The notes under the pieces are model-generated. The model did not search any database. It was not told the DNA's origin and worked only from the letters and a program-made list of their open reading frames with translations. From Octopus sinensis (Eukaryota): a stretch of 64,000 nucleotides of DNA. This document shows positions 15,001 through 27,407 of this stretch, piece after piece. The stretch's first letter is position 1; every line of letters starts with the position of its first letter. The stretch spans positions 89,652,001 to 89,716,000 of the forward strand of contig NC_043006.1 of assembly GCF_006345805.1 (NCBI RefSeq), in the 5' to 3' direction. A program made the position numbers and the translations under genes.

Positions 15001-16352
15001 AAGAAAATGATTAGAATGTTGAACATTTACAAAGTGAAATAAGTTATTCATCATCATCATCATTAACAACACTGTCATTACTATTTTAGTATATATTTTC
15101 CCACACCAAAACACAATTTAATGGAATCTCGAAAGAAATCATATAAATATATGCTGCTATGCCAATGACAAAATAAATAAATAAATGCAAATTCTTGAAG
15201 CAAAAAAAAAAAACCCAAAATTTTTCAAGTTTAGAAAGAATTTAAAAAATTAAGAAATTGTTTAGAATGTCAAACATTTTTGAATCATTTTTGAAATTAC
15301 TGAAAAAGTCTGCAGGGAAGGAAAAAAATCTTAACAAAACAAGCAAAAATTACATAAAGATATTTATTACAATCAAACTCACTCTCCACTATATTCTACT
15401 TTTACTTAAAATTAATTAATTTAAATTCTGGGGTTTGTCTCCCCTGCCTCTCTTAACAAAACTTAGTTGTCAAGCTAATTATTTTTCTTTCCTACTTCCT
15501 ACAGAGGTTATTTTAGTTGATTACATTTTCTGAATGTGACAAACTTTATTTCAAAAAATTTTCTTCCAGGAAAATATAACATTTTGCAGTTTGTTATTTC
15601 TTTCTCATTGACTATTCTTATGGTTAATTAACCTTCTAATCAGCTATGATCATGCAAATCAATAACAAATGGCATTCCAGCCATGACTATCCTGTCCAAT
15701 CCTTTTTTTTTTCCTGACATGTATATCTGGGACATCTAATATGTTTTTCCTAATTTAAACAGAATGGTTCAATTTCAAAAGATATTTTCTTACTAACAGA
15801 ATATTCCAAGTACTTGCTTAAACAGCCAACTCAAGGTCTTGTTTAAGTTAGTTTTTACTGTTGTTGTTGTTGTTATTATTGATGTTCCAGACAAGAGCAG
15901 TCATCCTGTCTCTTTTTATTTTTCATTTTTTTTAGGGGTGTCTTGAACCACATTATTCCATATTTTGCCCTTTTCTAATATGTATATAGGATTTACCAAC
16001 TTATTAACTGGTTGCCAAACAACAGGAATGTCCCTTGAAGACCGATTCATATTTGACTTTTCCTGTGTGATGGGGAGAGAGGAAGTATATGCATTAAAAA
16101 GTAAGTACTGTACTTTGTACTGATTTTAAATAGATTATTACTCCTGTCACAACTGCTTGACAACAAGTGTTGGTTTGGTTATGTTCCTATAACAATAGCA
16201 GTTCAGCAAAAGAGACTAATAGAATAAGTATCATATTTTTTTTAAAATTAGTATTTTAGTTGATTTTTTGGAATAAATTCTTCAGGCCAGTGCTCCAGCA
16301 AGACTACAGTCCAGTGACTGAAACATATAAAAGATGTTTTATCTTTTCATCA

Positions 16353-16569
16353 AAGGTGGTGAGCTGGCAGAAACATTAGCATGCCAGGCGAAATGCTTGG
16401 CGATATTTCGTCTGCTGCTATGTTGATTGCTGAGGTTGATTTTTAATGCCTTTCGGTGTTGATTAGATAAGTACCAGTCACACACTGGGTTCGATATAAT
16501 TGACTTAATCTGTTTGTCGGTTCTTGTTTGTCCCCTCTGTGTGTAGCCCCTAGTGGGCAGTAAAGAAAC
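16353..16569 (+). mobile_element. Meta-type SINE with L1/Tx1-like tail
   Basis: Head AAGGTGGTGAGCTGGCAGAA; tail CCCCTAGTGGGCAGTAAAGAAA; GAAACATATAAAAGAT repeated at 16320-16335 and 16572-16587 (TSD-like). Confidence 0.8.
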
Positions 16570-16689
16570 ATGAAACATATAAAAGATATGCAGTTAGCAA
16601 CATTTTCCATTTTTTCGTCTTTGAAGAAGGAATCATTTTTGGAGGCAATCAAATAATTCATTATTTGTAGTATTCCTCTTGAATATTTT

Positions 16690-17095
16690 TTCCATGCAGC
16701 CATCTTCTTTTCATTCCTTCAAAGTCTTGAAAATTCTTTGAGCTCCAGCTTCCATTGTTAATAGGCTTACAGGTGTTTTTTTGTTTTGTGTGAGTGTGTG
16801 TGCATGTGTTATCTGGTCTTCCATGCAGAGCATTAACAATTTCTCCATTTTGTGGAGAAGTCTTTCTTGTTTCTTTGTTATTGCTGTTGACTGCATGGTG
16901 GCTGAACAGCATCCAAGAAAAACATCCTTTCTCCTTAAGAAAAGTAAATGCTATCGTACATGATCTGCAGTTATCCCATTCAACAATCTCCATTATTCTT
17001 GAGAATAAAGGACTCTTCCTTTGCATCTCAGGAGAGCACTTACTTTTGTTTTTTTTCTGTTCTTCATGTTGGTCAAGCATTTTTGTTTTAGCTTC
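16690..17095 (-). mobile_element. Tigger/pogo (CENP-B HTH) transposase relic with an internal inverted segment
   Basis: Minus: MLDQHEE and MQSTAITKKQERLLHKMEKLLMLCMEDQI..PVSLLTMEAGAQRIFKTLKE; plus 16938-17009: RKVNAIVHDLQLSHSTISIILENK. Confidence 0.7.
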
Positions 17096-17374
17096 TGAAT
17101 CAAGTGGCTTCCTTTGTTTCTTGCCTGGTGTATTTATTGGTCGATGGAGAAATCTCCCTTTGGCATGACATCTTTGAGGCTGGTAAATCCAAGATACTTG
17201 TAATATGGCTGCTACTGAAGCATAAGTGATGCCAGGAAATTATGGGATACTGTTGCGAGGAGATACTAATTCTCATACAGCAAGCAGGAATATTTTCATG
17301 ATTGCACACACACACACTGCATACTTGGTTGTAACTGTGAGTGGATCCAAGACACACAGACGTCCTCATCAATG

Positions 17375-17532
17375 TCTGTGCAAATATGGCTGTGTGGTTG
17401 AGTAGTTTGATTCCTGCCCACATGACTTCAGGTTCAATCCCACAGCATGGAAAATATCTTTCTTCGACTATAGACCCAGATGGATGAATACATCAAGTAA
17501 ATTTGGTTCATGGAAACTGTGTGGAAATACAT

Positions 17533-17593
<61 letters not shown>

Positions 17594-17730
17594 CTGTGTG
17601 TGTGCATGAGCGTGTTTGTGATCAAACTAACACAAACTAATGTGGTTTGTTTAATCCCCATAACTTAGCAATTTGGTGATAAAACCTGACAGAGTAATTG
17701 CCAGACTTCAAAATACAAGTACTGAGGTGA
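17375..17730 (+). mobile_element. tRNA-derived SINE with internal (GT)n, decayed
   Basis: ATGGCTGTGTGGTT head and CAGGTTCAATCCCAC; same family as 19891-20280. Confidence 0.65.
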
Positions 17731-18049
17731 ATATCATTGTTTGTGTATGGGGCCACCCTGTGTCTCACTACACCAAAGGTCTCTACCCACTTAAATTTGC
17801 TCCCCAAGGCTCACAACTGGACAGTAAATGTCTGTACACACTACTCTCTCTCTCTCCTCTCTCTCTCTCTCTTTCCTCTCTCCCTGATGTTGTCAATAGT
17901 GGGGCACATATATGTAGGTATGGTGCAGCTAACTCCAGCTGATCACTGTGTCATTGTACATGTCTTACTGGAAGTCCATAACAAATGTATTATTTTAAAT
18001 ATTTAATGTATGTGTACACACAGGCATGCATATATATATATATATACAC

Positions 18050-18621
18050 AACAATTGCAGCGTGGAAGGTGTTTATAAGCCATTTAAGAAACACACAAAA
18101 GCCGTTCGATTCACTTCAACATTTAAGTTTAATTTGTCAAAATATTTTCGTCGCTAAAATCCGCGACCTGTTCACTGACAAAAATCCGTGCTGCAGCACG
18201 GATTTTTGTCAGTGAACAGGTCGCGGATTTAAACTGAGATATGTTTGTATAAACAGATGGTAGGAAAAGTACTCAATATATGTAACAGAGTTTATTTATT
18301 TATTTATCTAGTGAAAGCTGATGATTCCCTGCACAGCTTTTCAGAGTTTATTGGTAGTGCCAACTTTCAGGTTACAAAGAGATGAATCACTTTGTTCCCT
18401 GAAGAAATGCACAGGTCGTGATGCAGCACGGATTTTTGTCAGTGAACAGGTCGCGGATTTTAGCGACGAAAATATTTTGACAAATTAAACTTAAATGTTG
18501 AAGTGAATCGAACGGCTTTTGTGTGTTTCTTAAATGGCTTATAAACACCTTCCACGCTGCAATTGTTTTCGTTTCAGCACACAATCTCAGATCAAATTAC
18601 TTGCTATGCGAGTACATCTCC

Positions 18622-18625
<4 letters not shown>
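18050..18625. mobile_element. Rearranged PLE terminal repeat: 146-bp perfect inverted arms, 74-bp perfect palindrome and a captured 185-bp local segment
   Basis: 18050-18195 is the exact reverse complement of 18422-18567; 18157-18230 is a zero-spacer palindrome; 18230-18414 matches 19071-19255 with 4 mismatches; the right arm is homologous to 45205-45418; flanked by (TA)n. Confidence 0.85.
18435..18484 (+). ncRNA. Minimal type-I hammerhead ribozyme candidate, G3-C8 core variant
   Basis: Stem I TTTGTCA/TGACAAA; core GTGAACA plus an extra G; stem II GTCGC/GCGAC; GAAA; palindromic stem III AATATT; U17. Antisense copy at 18133-18182. Confidence 0.7.
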
Positions 18626-18665
<40 letters not shown>

Positions 18666-19021
18666 AGCATATGGCCTATACAAGTTACAAATCAGGACAA
18701 CAGAACAGGAGAAATCCCAAGACAAAAATAGATGAAGGTGGGGGTCAAAAAGTGGAAGAGATTAAAAAAAAACTGAAAAAAAACTGGAAAAAAAATAGAG
18801 TTATGTCCCCTTTGACGATATAGTAAGGCTAAATGGTGTAGAAACAATGGAAGGAATCTAAAGTCTGTAATACAGCTGCTCTATTTGGAGAGGGTGGTGT
18901 TTTCCAATTTGCCAAAAGGAACTTCTCTACATATCTGCATTTACTGAAAATTTCTGATCTGAAATTCTGCAGTGTAATTCTTAGATCTAAATAAGGATAT
19001 GTGCACTTTCAGCTAAGCATG

Positions 19022-19061
<40 letters not shown>

Positions 19062-19395
19062 TATACACAATAAACTGAGATATGTTTTTATAAACAGATG
19101 GTAGGAAAAGTACTCAATATATGTAACAGAGTTTATTTATTTATTTATCTAGTCAAAGCTGATGATTCCCTGCGCAGCATTTCAGAGTTTATTGGTAGTG
19201 CCAACTTTCAGGTTACAAAGAGATGAATCACTTTGTTCCCTGAAGAAATGCACAGCTTTGAAATAAATATATATTTGTGTATGTGTGCACATATGTGTGT
19301 GTATGTTTGTTGCATACAAAAGTGAGCATGAAAATGATGGTGATGTTGATATATATGTGTTTATGTGTGTATGTAGGTATATATATATATATATA

Positions 19396-19860
19396 GTCAA
19401 TAAAAAAGGGTAGAATTAATTAATTCGACCGAGCAGTGTTCGGTATGTAAAATGACCATTTACGGTATATTTGAAATATTACTTTATAAAAATAGGGTAA
19501 AGTAAAATAATTTACTTTACCACACACCGAGCTTTGGTTTGTCCGGTGTTTCATATATCGGACGGGTATGTTTGATTCTTAGTACTTTCAAATCTAAATC
19601 AGAAGAAATCTCTGAGCTGATGAAGGAAATGTTGGCGTTTAATCAACTAATCCAGAAACAGGCTTGTCCTCGGGTATCTCGTATGGATGTGATCTTTTGT
19701 TGTTTTTCCCTTATACCTATGTGAGTTATTTCTGAGTATACATTGTCTGGGAGACTTTTTCTTGCAATAGAAGAAATAGCCAAATTTTTGGCTGCTATTT
19801 CTAAAAAGCTCGGTGTGTGGTAAAGTAAATTATTTTACTTTACCCTATTTTTATAAAGTT
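19396..19860. mobile_element. Probable PLE terminal relic with a 55-bp perfect inverted repeat and a decayed hammerhead-like motif
   Basis: 19481-19535 is the exact reverse complement of 19805-19859; CTGATGA(A)GGA...TCC(A)GAAAC at 19617-19659; both ends in (TA)n. Confidence 0.55.
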
Positions 19861-19890
19861 ATATATATATATATATATTTATATATATAC

Positions 19891-20280
19891 AGGCACAGGC
19901 ATGGCTGTGTGGTAAGAACTCTGCTTCCCAACCAGATGGTTCTGAGTTCAGTCTCACTGCATGGCACCTTGGACAAGTGTCTTCTACTATAGTCTTGGGC
20001 TGACCAAAGCCTTGTGAGTGGATTTGGTAGATGGAAAGTGAAAGAAGCCCGCTGTGTACATATATATATATTTATGTGTGTGTGTGTGTCTGTGTTTATC
20101 CCTCTATCATCATTTGACAACCGACGTTGGTGCGTTTACATCCCCGAAACTTGGCAAAAGAGACCTATAAAGTAAGTACAAGGTTTACAAAGAATAAGTC
20201 CTGGGGTCAATTTCTTTGACTAAAGGCAGTGCTACATCACGGTCACAGTCAAGTGACTGAAACAAGTAAATGAATAAAAT
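19891..20280 (+). mobile_element. Near full-length tRNA-derived SINE with internal TA/GT microsatellite
   Basis: GGCATGGCTGTGTGGTAAG head, GAGTTCAGTCTCAC B-box-like, tail GACTGAAACAAGTAAA; homologs at 60465-60880 and 61785-63680. Confidence 0.8.
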
Positions 20281-21099
20281 AACATATATACACATACATG
20301 TACATATATCAATTAGACTTCCAGCAACAATACATGTAAATAATTCCATTTCTCTGGCAGTGAATTAATGGCAGGACTTTGCTGTTAGACCGAAAACTCT
20401 GAGATTTTGTGCTATAACAAAAATCACCATTAACAATTATATTTTGCTGAAAGGCAAGCATTTAAATCATCATCTTATTATCTGCCAGTTGGGGGACTGC
20501 TGTACATTTTCCAATGACTGCTGTCAGTATTTCACCATCTTTTTTTTTTTCGTCCATATGCCTAATAGCTCTTCCCCAGCTAACAACAAGCCTAGCTGCT
20601 TCATTAGTGCTCACACTAATGCACAAGTGCAACTAGTTTATGACAATACAGTTGCTAGCTGATTAGATCTACATACACTCACTGCCTAAAGCAAATATTT
20701 TTCCAGGAAACTGAATATTCAATCTTTTAAGAAACAAAATCCAAAATAGAAACAGACAAATAGAAAAATAAAAATAGATGTCAACATGAGAAAGAGATAA
20801 GTTGAGATGAAGGTTCTTTGTTGTTTTTTGTGCATTGTAGAAATACTGATGTCTTATTGGAACTTCAGGTTTCCATTTTATTATTTTACTCATTTCTGTA
20901 TACTTATTTATTTATATTTTTCTAACTGTCAGACTCTGTGATAAATTCTTGCATAATTACAGTCATTTGTCTACTGTCTTGTAGACGAGGCATTGAAAGC
21001 AAATTTTGTGTGTTGCTTCTGTTAACTAAGCTAATTATTTGTTATTGATGATGATGATACTACTGCTACTACTACTACTACTACTACTACTAATACTAC

Positions 21100-21166
<67 letters not shown>

Positions 21167-21600
21167 GATGAGTAAGAGTAGAGGTAGTAATAAAGATAAA
21201 AATTTCTTATATTTGCCAAAGGGGTGTTAGATGATGGGGACATTACAAAGACAGGTTACAATTTTTGTGGTGTGGAAGTGGTTTACATAAGGATTGGATG
21301 AGGGCAGAAAAGAGTGGGGAGGGGAGGAGATGAGAAATAGGATAGAAAGGATTACAAAACATATGTGGATGATGCAGTTCTCTTGAAAGAGGAAAGCCTG
21401 CAGCTTGTGCCGGTCATGGGAGCCCCCAATCCCACCCCACACACACACACTGATCCAAGATCACTTTGACCAGCAATATGAATCCTTGCCCATAAAGGTA
21501 GGACTACTATAGCTCCTACTTTTCCTCCTACTCCTTCTACTGTCATCATCATCATCATCATCATCGTCGTCGTTTAATAATAATAATAATAATAATAATA

Positions 21601-23205
21601 ATGATTTCATTTATTTGCCACAAGGGCAAAGGACAAAGGGGCCAGACAAAGTGTGAGGGTTTACAATATAATGAAAGGATAAAAAAAAAGTATATATGGT
21701 ATACACTGAAAAAGAAGGGTCATATACACAGCATACAAAGGTTGAAAAAAAAAGGGTGGGTAGGTGGCAGGGAGAATGATAGAGATGATGTAGTCCTCCT
21801 GATACAGGAAAACCTCAGGGATAATCAAGGAGCCCCACTGTCTGAGATTTACCTGAACACTAAGAGCGAGTGCCCTCTCTAATTCCTTCTCTCCGACACA
21901 GACAGAGGTACCATTTTTGCAACTTTTGCCCACCTTTCAGTAAACTCACTCGAGGACAGCACTTTCTTCTCATCTCATGCCTTTCAACCTTGTCCACCGT
22001 ACAACTTCTTTTGCTACGACCACCAAGCAAAGGAAAACTGCCTTGCTTGCCCGATTGAAGTAGGGCGTCAGGGTAATTATCACTACAGACTCGGCCAACA
22101 GACAGATCCATCCCACACATGACAGCAGCTGTTTAACATAACCCCACTAGTCAGCAATACCTGGACACTGAATGAATGCATGCAGAATGGTTTCATCATT
22201 CTGTGCAAACCTCAGACAAGCTTGCCTGACAGTATATCTGTGCCTGTAGAGTTTATCTTGAACTGGTAGTACCCCCCTACCATAGCACTGCCAGGCCAAG
22301 AACGTCTGGAAATTATCCATGATAGTTCCCAGTTGGAAAGTGCTCCAGAACAGACTAACCAGTTTGTTTACATCAGTGCGCAGAGTCTCCCTGAGAATGC
22401 CATCACACTTCCTCATGACTAATTCTCTATAAATTTCTAAAGCAGAACATCCACCAATCCCATTGCCTGACTGGTAAAGGGCTGTGAGTGCCTAACAACA
22501 TTTTAGGTGTCAGGCACCCAGTCTTGGTCTTTTCTTCACCCAGGACGGCAGCTCCATCAAGGAGATGAGCTGCAGAAAGATGAGCCTCACAAACGGAGCT
22601 CACACAAGCTGACTGTCCAGAAATCATTGCAGGTGGTGTAACCTAAGAGAGTGCGGCTGTGCATTCGGAGCCACAGCATCCAACCTAATCCACCACTCAG
22701 AGGATGCGGACAACAGAATGACCACCTAACCATTGTAATGCATCTCTTCCACAGAAATTTAAATAACAGAATAACAGATGTTTCAACTTGGTCAAGCAGT
22801 AACCAGGATAAGGATGAGGGTCAGGCAATAAATGATAAAGGAGGTGATGTAGGCATTTGCCACCTCTGCTCGACCTTTCAGGGACAGTTTCCTCTCAGCC
22901 CATTTCTGGGTAAGACTAGCCACCCTGTTCACCACCTTGTCCTGTTTCTTATCAACCTGGTGGTTGAGACTAAACAAGACCCTGAGCAGTTTAACTGGTC
23001 TGTCAGTCCAGCGTCCAATGACACTGTCTCATGGCATCATCTTGCCTCTCCAGGAAACCCACCAATTTCTTGGCATTGATCTTAGCCCATGCTACTGACT
23101 CATATTCCTTTAGGATGGTGCCAACTGTCTCCATTTCAGAGCCGTGCAACACCATGATGGTGACGTCATCCACATATGCCAACACTGCCCTTCATTGTCC
23201 CAGTT
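21601..23205 (-). mobile_element. 5'-truncated L1/Tx1-clade LINE with 3' UTR and (ATT)n tail
   Basis: AYVDDVTI (RT motif C), LSLKGRAEVANAYI, zf-RVT-like RGVLPVQDKLYRH..C...DETILHAFIQCP, terminal KVLSSSEFTERWAKVAKMV; the UTR runs to the AAT tract at ~21575-21600. Confidence 0.8.
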
Positions 23206-23229
23206 CGAAGAATGCCCCAAGTTGGCATA

Positions 23230-23770
23230 GGAAGAATATAAGAAATGGAGGCAGCAGGACCAGGTTGTAAAAGTTTTACACTGGAAACTTTGTCAGAAAT
23301 GGGGATTTGAAGCTGGAAACATGGTACCATCATTGAGTCAAAAGAGTACTGGAGTCAGAGAAATGTGAGATTTTGTGGGACTTTCCTATTCAAACAGACA
23401 AGAAGTTAGTAGTGGTAGATAAAGAGAATAGAAAGTGCCAGATAATTGACTTTCCAGTCCAAAATGATAAGAAAGTCAATTTGAGAGGTATAGAGAAAAG
23501 AACAAAGTACTAGGACGTAACCATTGAATTACAGAGACTATGGGAAAGTGCAGGTGAAATGTATGCATATAGTTATAGGTGCATTAGGAACCTATCCTGA
23601 AAGATTTGAATGGATGGATAGAGGATTTAGGCATTAAACCTTGTTTAGTACAGTTCCAGAAAACAGCTTTGTTAGGGACAGCTAGAATACTTAGGAGGGT
23701 TCTTGGCATCTAAGTTTATCTATTGTAACCAGATGTTAGGAACTTTTCTTTTTCAACAGTTAAATCTGTT
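23230..23770 (+). mobile_element. 3' fragment of an R4/Dong-like RLE LINE
   Basis: KVLHWKLCQKWG, ILWDFPIQTD and QKTALLGTARILRRVLGI. Confidence 0.8.
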
Positions 23771-23793
23771 GTGCGTATATGAAATAATGATAA

Positions 23794-23992
23794 TTCTATA
23801 GGCGCAAGGCATGAAATTTTGGGGGAGTGTTTAGTCAATTACATCAACCTCAGCATTCAACTGGTACTTATTTTTTCCGACTCCCAAAAGGATGACAAGC
23901 AAATACAGCCTCAGCAGCATTTGAAATCAGAACAGAAACACCACTAAGTAATACTTGCCCAGTATGCTGATGATTTTGCTAGCTCACTGCTT
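23794..23992 (-). mobile_element. Meta-type SINE, decayed
   Basis: Same structure as 10082-10296; AAT/ATT tracts at both ends. Confidence 0.65.
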
Positions 23993-24019
23993 GAATATTA
24001 TTATTATTATTAACAACAA

Positions 24020-25640
24020 TAATAATTATGGAAAGTAGACTCAATGGAAAGAACAAGATCAGGGCAATGAATACATGGGCTGTTTCCTGAATGTGATGTG
24101 GTGCAGGTGTTATTAGGCAGACAGGAAACAAGTTTGAGGAAAATACCAGGAAAGTGATGACAATGAAGCCATAAAGTGATATCAATAGTCTGTATAGGTA
24201 CAAGGAAGGAGGAAGCCTCATATGACGCAAGATGTGTGTTGTTAATGAGGAAAACAGCCTGGGATGGTACATCAAACAGCAGAGTAAACTCTAGCTTGCC
24301 ACAGTTAGAAATAGCAACATGGTAGCTACAAAAAATGTGATGTACTAAAACCATTTAAGAAGCAAAATGAAGAACAAAGAATAAACAACTGGAAAATGAA
24401 AACAATGCACAGACAATAACCTCAGAGAAATCGAAGGAAAAGACAAGACCAACACCTGGAGGTGGCCATGGAAAAGTAATTTGAAAGGATGCACTGAGGT
24501 ATTGATATGCAGCACCCAGGAACAAGTTCTGAGAACTAATTACATTGAGTTCCAAATAGATAAGAGCAGTAAATTATCCGTTTGTCGGATGTGTGGAAGC
24601 AGAAACAAACACAAAACAATATCACATGTTGTGAGTGAGTGTAGCAAACTGTCTGAAGAAGAATACAAAAGGAGGCAAGATAACATGGCTAAGTTTGTTA
24701 AATGGAGATTGTATGAGAAGTGTGGTCTTGGAAGAATACAGAAATGGTATGAACATGAACTAGAAGACGTCTCTAGGAACAATGAATATAAGATCTTGTG
24801 GGATTTTTTGTAATCCAGTGCAACTCCCTAAACAATCTTCAAAGACCAGACATCATTGTAGTGAATTAAAGGAAAAAGGAAACTAAGGTCATTGATATTG
24901 CCATACCTGGGGATGAATGAACAGGTGACAAAAAGTTGGGGAAAAAAATGAAAAAATACAAATTGCTAAAAGACAAAATTGCAAGAATGCGAGCAATGAA
25001 AAGAGTAACTGTATGGGTACTCGGAGTACTAAGCACCAGGTTGGAGAAATTGGAATTGACACAAGGGCAGAACATGCTAAAAATATTGCTCTGTTGGGGA
25101 AAGCAATGATTTTGAGATTGGAACTTGGGTGTTTGTCAATGATACTTAACATCTAGGTACTGGGTCTTATAATTTGTGGAAAGAGACCCTGTGAGTTGCT
25201 GTATCCTCTCACAGCATTAACTGAGTAGGGAAAATCAAGAGGTCTGGGAAGCAAAATAAAATAATGGCAGTTATAACAACAACAACAATAATAATAATAA
25301 TGATGATGATGATGAGGATAATAATAAAAACGATGGTGAAGGTATCCCACATGACAGGCAAGGAGTATCTGAACAAGCTCTGGCAGGTTGTCTCCAAGCC
25401 TTTGAAGAGGACCAGAATCAAAGTCCAAAAAGAAAAAAAAAGATGTAAATGTGATAGTAATTGAATGCTGGCTGAGAAGTGTACCAAATTAAAGTGGTTT
25501 CATATAGACAAAAGGTTGAAGGAGATGTAGAGCATCTACAGAAAGTTTGCTTGTTAAGGAGAGGGAAGATTCTCATGGGTGTTCTAAGCACTTGAAAGTC
25601 TATTGAAAGCTAGTGGATACCTAATGTTACAGGTAGCAAT
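24020..25640 (+). mobile_element. R4/Dong-like RLE LINE fragments (24020-25170 and ~25350-25640)
   Basis: LKGCTEVLICSTQEQVLRTNYI, CRMCGSRN..TISHVVSECSKL..YKRRQDN, ILWDF and VIDIAIPGD. Confidence 0.8.
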
Positions 25641-26379
25641 CTGATAGCCACATAAATCCTGCCAGGAATAAGACCAAACTTGAGTCAAATCAATAATAAT
25701 AACATTTAAAAAGTTAAGTAAATATAACGGCCTTCAAATAGAGGCTTAAAAAATGTGGCATCTAAAAACAGTTGCTGTACTTAAGACTGGTGGAGCTCTG
25801 GGGAATATACGCAAAGCTGCTCTTAAGTACATTGACCATTTACCAATATTACAAATTTAACAGGAGTGACTAATTTAACAGCATGGACTTATGACAGCAA
25901 GATGCCTGGAAGAAAGTTCAAATCTGAAATTAACATGAAATTGAAGTTAAGAATTCACAAGGACAATGAAAGAAAAGTTTGTTTTAATGTAGTCATCACA
26001 GGAACTCAAAAGATTTTTCTTCAAAGTAAACACATGGGCTGCAAAACTGTGAGTAAATTTTTAATCACACATGCATCTCATCTCTACAAATCCTATATAC
26101 ATATACACATTGTTGTTTCTCAGTTCCTTGCTTATAATCAACAAATATAATGTTTATTCAGTCCACACATGGTATTTAAATTACTTTAACAAAAGAGGCG
26201 ACTAGCTCCATTCATCCTAAGCATTAGAAAGGAGTAATTGTGCTCAGTAATAAAGCTAAGAATAAAGAATAAAGGAGAAAGAAATAGCAGGGAATTTCGT
26301 TCTGTGAGGCTCAGGCAATCACAATATAAAAGAAGCCTCAACATGCATCCAGAGAGAATGTTCTGTCAGAAAGTTAATG

Positions 26380-27350
26380 CAGTAAAGACAAACCGATCCC
26401 AAATAAATAACAAAACTAAGAGAGAATGATGGACAGATGATGACTACAATGAAGTGATATATGCATACTACAGTGCAACACTCCCTAAAATACACCAGTA
26501 TAAACTCTTATACTCAATGAACTGAACAACCCTCACAACAAGTACCATACAGACCCGATACCCAACAAAAGAACACAACTCGCACTGCACACACAACACA
26601 TAATACAAACACTAATACAACCAAACCCCTAAACAAAACATACTGAAGCAATTCAATACTCACCAAAAAAAGGAAAAAAAAGTACCCACAAAAGAACACA
26701 CAATGCTGCACACATCTGAGCAACATGAAAGTGATGCAAGTGATGCAATCGAATCTTACTTGAAAGCATCAGATGTCAAATAATGATAGCAGTGATGATA
26801 AATTCTGATGAACATTGTTGGTAACAGTGACAATGATGGAGGACATTTAAGGGAAGGCCTCTTGCTCAGGAGTGGCTTGATAGAGATGCAGACTGACCAC
26901 AGCTGTTATCATAAGATAGCCTCAGCAGATTATAGAGAAAGAAGAAGAAAGTGGACCAGTGGAGAAAATAGGATTGTGACGCAGTTCTAATTAGAAAGTG
27001 AACCTAAAAGAAGGAATAACAGAAAATGGGGGTTAACACTTTGGGTTGAGAAGAGTGTGTTTCAAGTGGCTGATCAGAGATGGGTAGACCAGGTTAATGC
27101 CATTGGGAGAAGTAAATGAATGACGGAATTGGAGATGAAAGGGATCACAACAGAAGTGGAAAAGAAAAACCAGGCAGTGGGAAAGACAAACAACAACATA
27201 AGAGATACATCTCAAACCAAAGAAGAACCTAAAGGAAAAAATAATAATAGCACTACTGATCAGGAAGGGAGAACTGGTAACAGCAACTTAAGTGAGGAAA
27301 GAGACCCCATGAGACCTTTGACAACAGGATGCTGTCCACTCTCACAGAAT
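26380..27350 (+). mobile_element. N-terminal relics of two R4/Dong-like ORFs
   Basis: RE*WTDDDYNEVIYAYYSATL (~26420) and RRRKWTSGENRIV..SEPKRR..ADQRWVDQVNAI (~26940-27100), resembling the N-termini of R4/Dong ORFs. Confidence 0.5.
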
Positions 27351-27407
27351 TAATCACTGCAAGAAAGAGCGAGAGCTCTGAGAAGTAAAATATAATAATA
27401 ATAATAA

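Noticed and set aside
25620-25650. GTAGCAATCTGATAGCC similarity between an RLE LINE end and the 1771-2045 SINE tail
   Set aside because: Only ~17 nt and not supported by the other LINE copies in the window.
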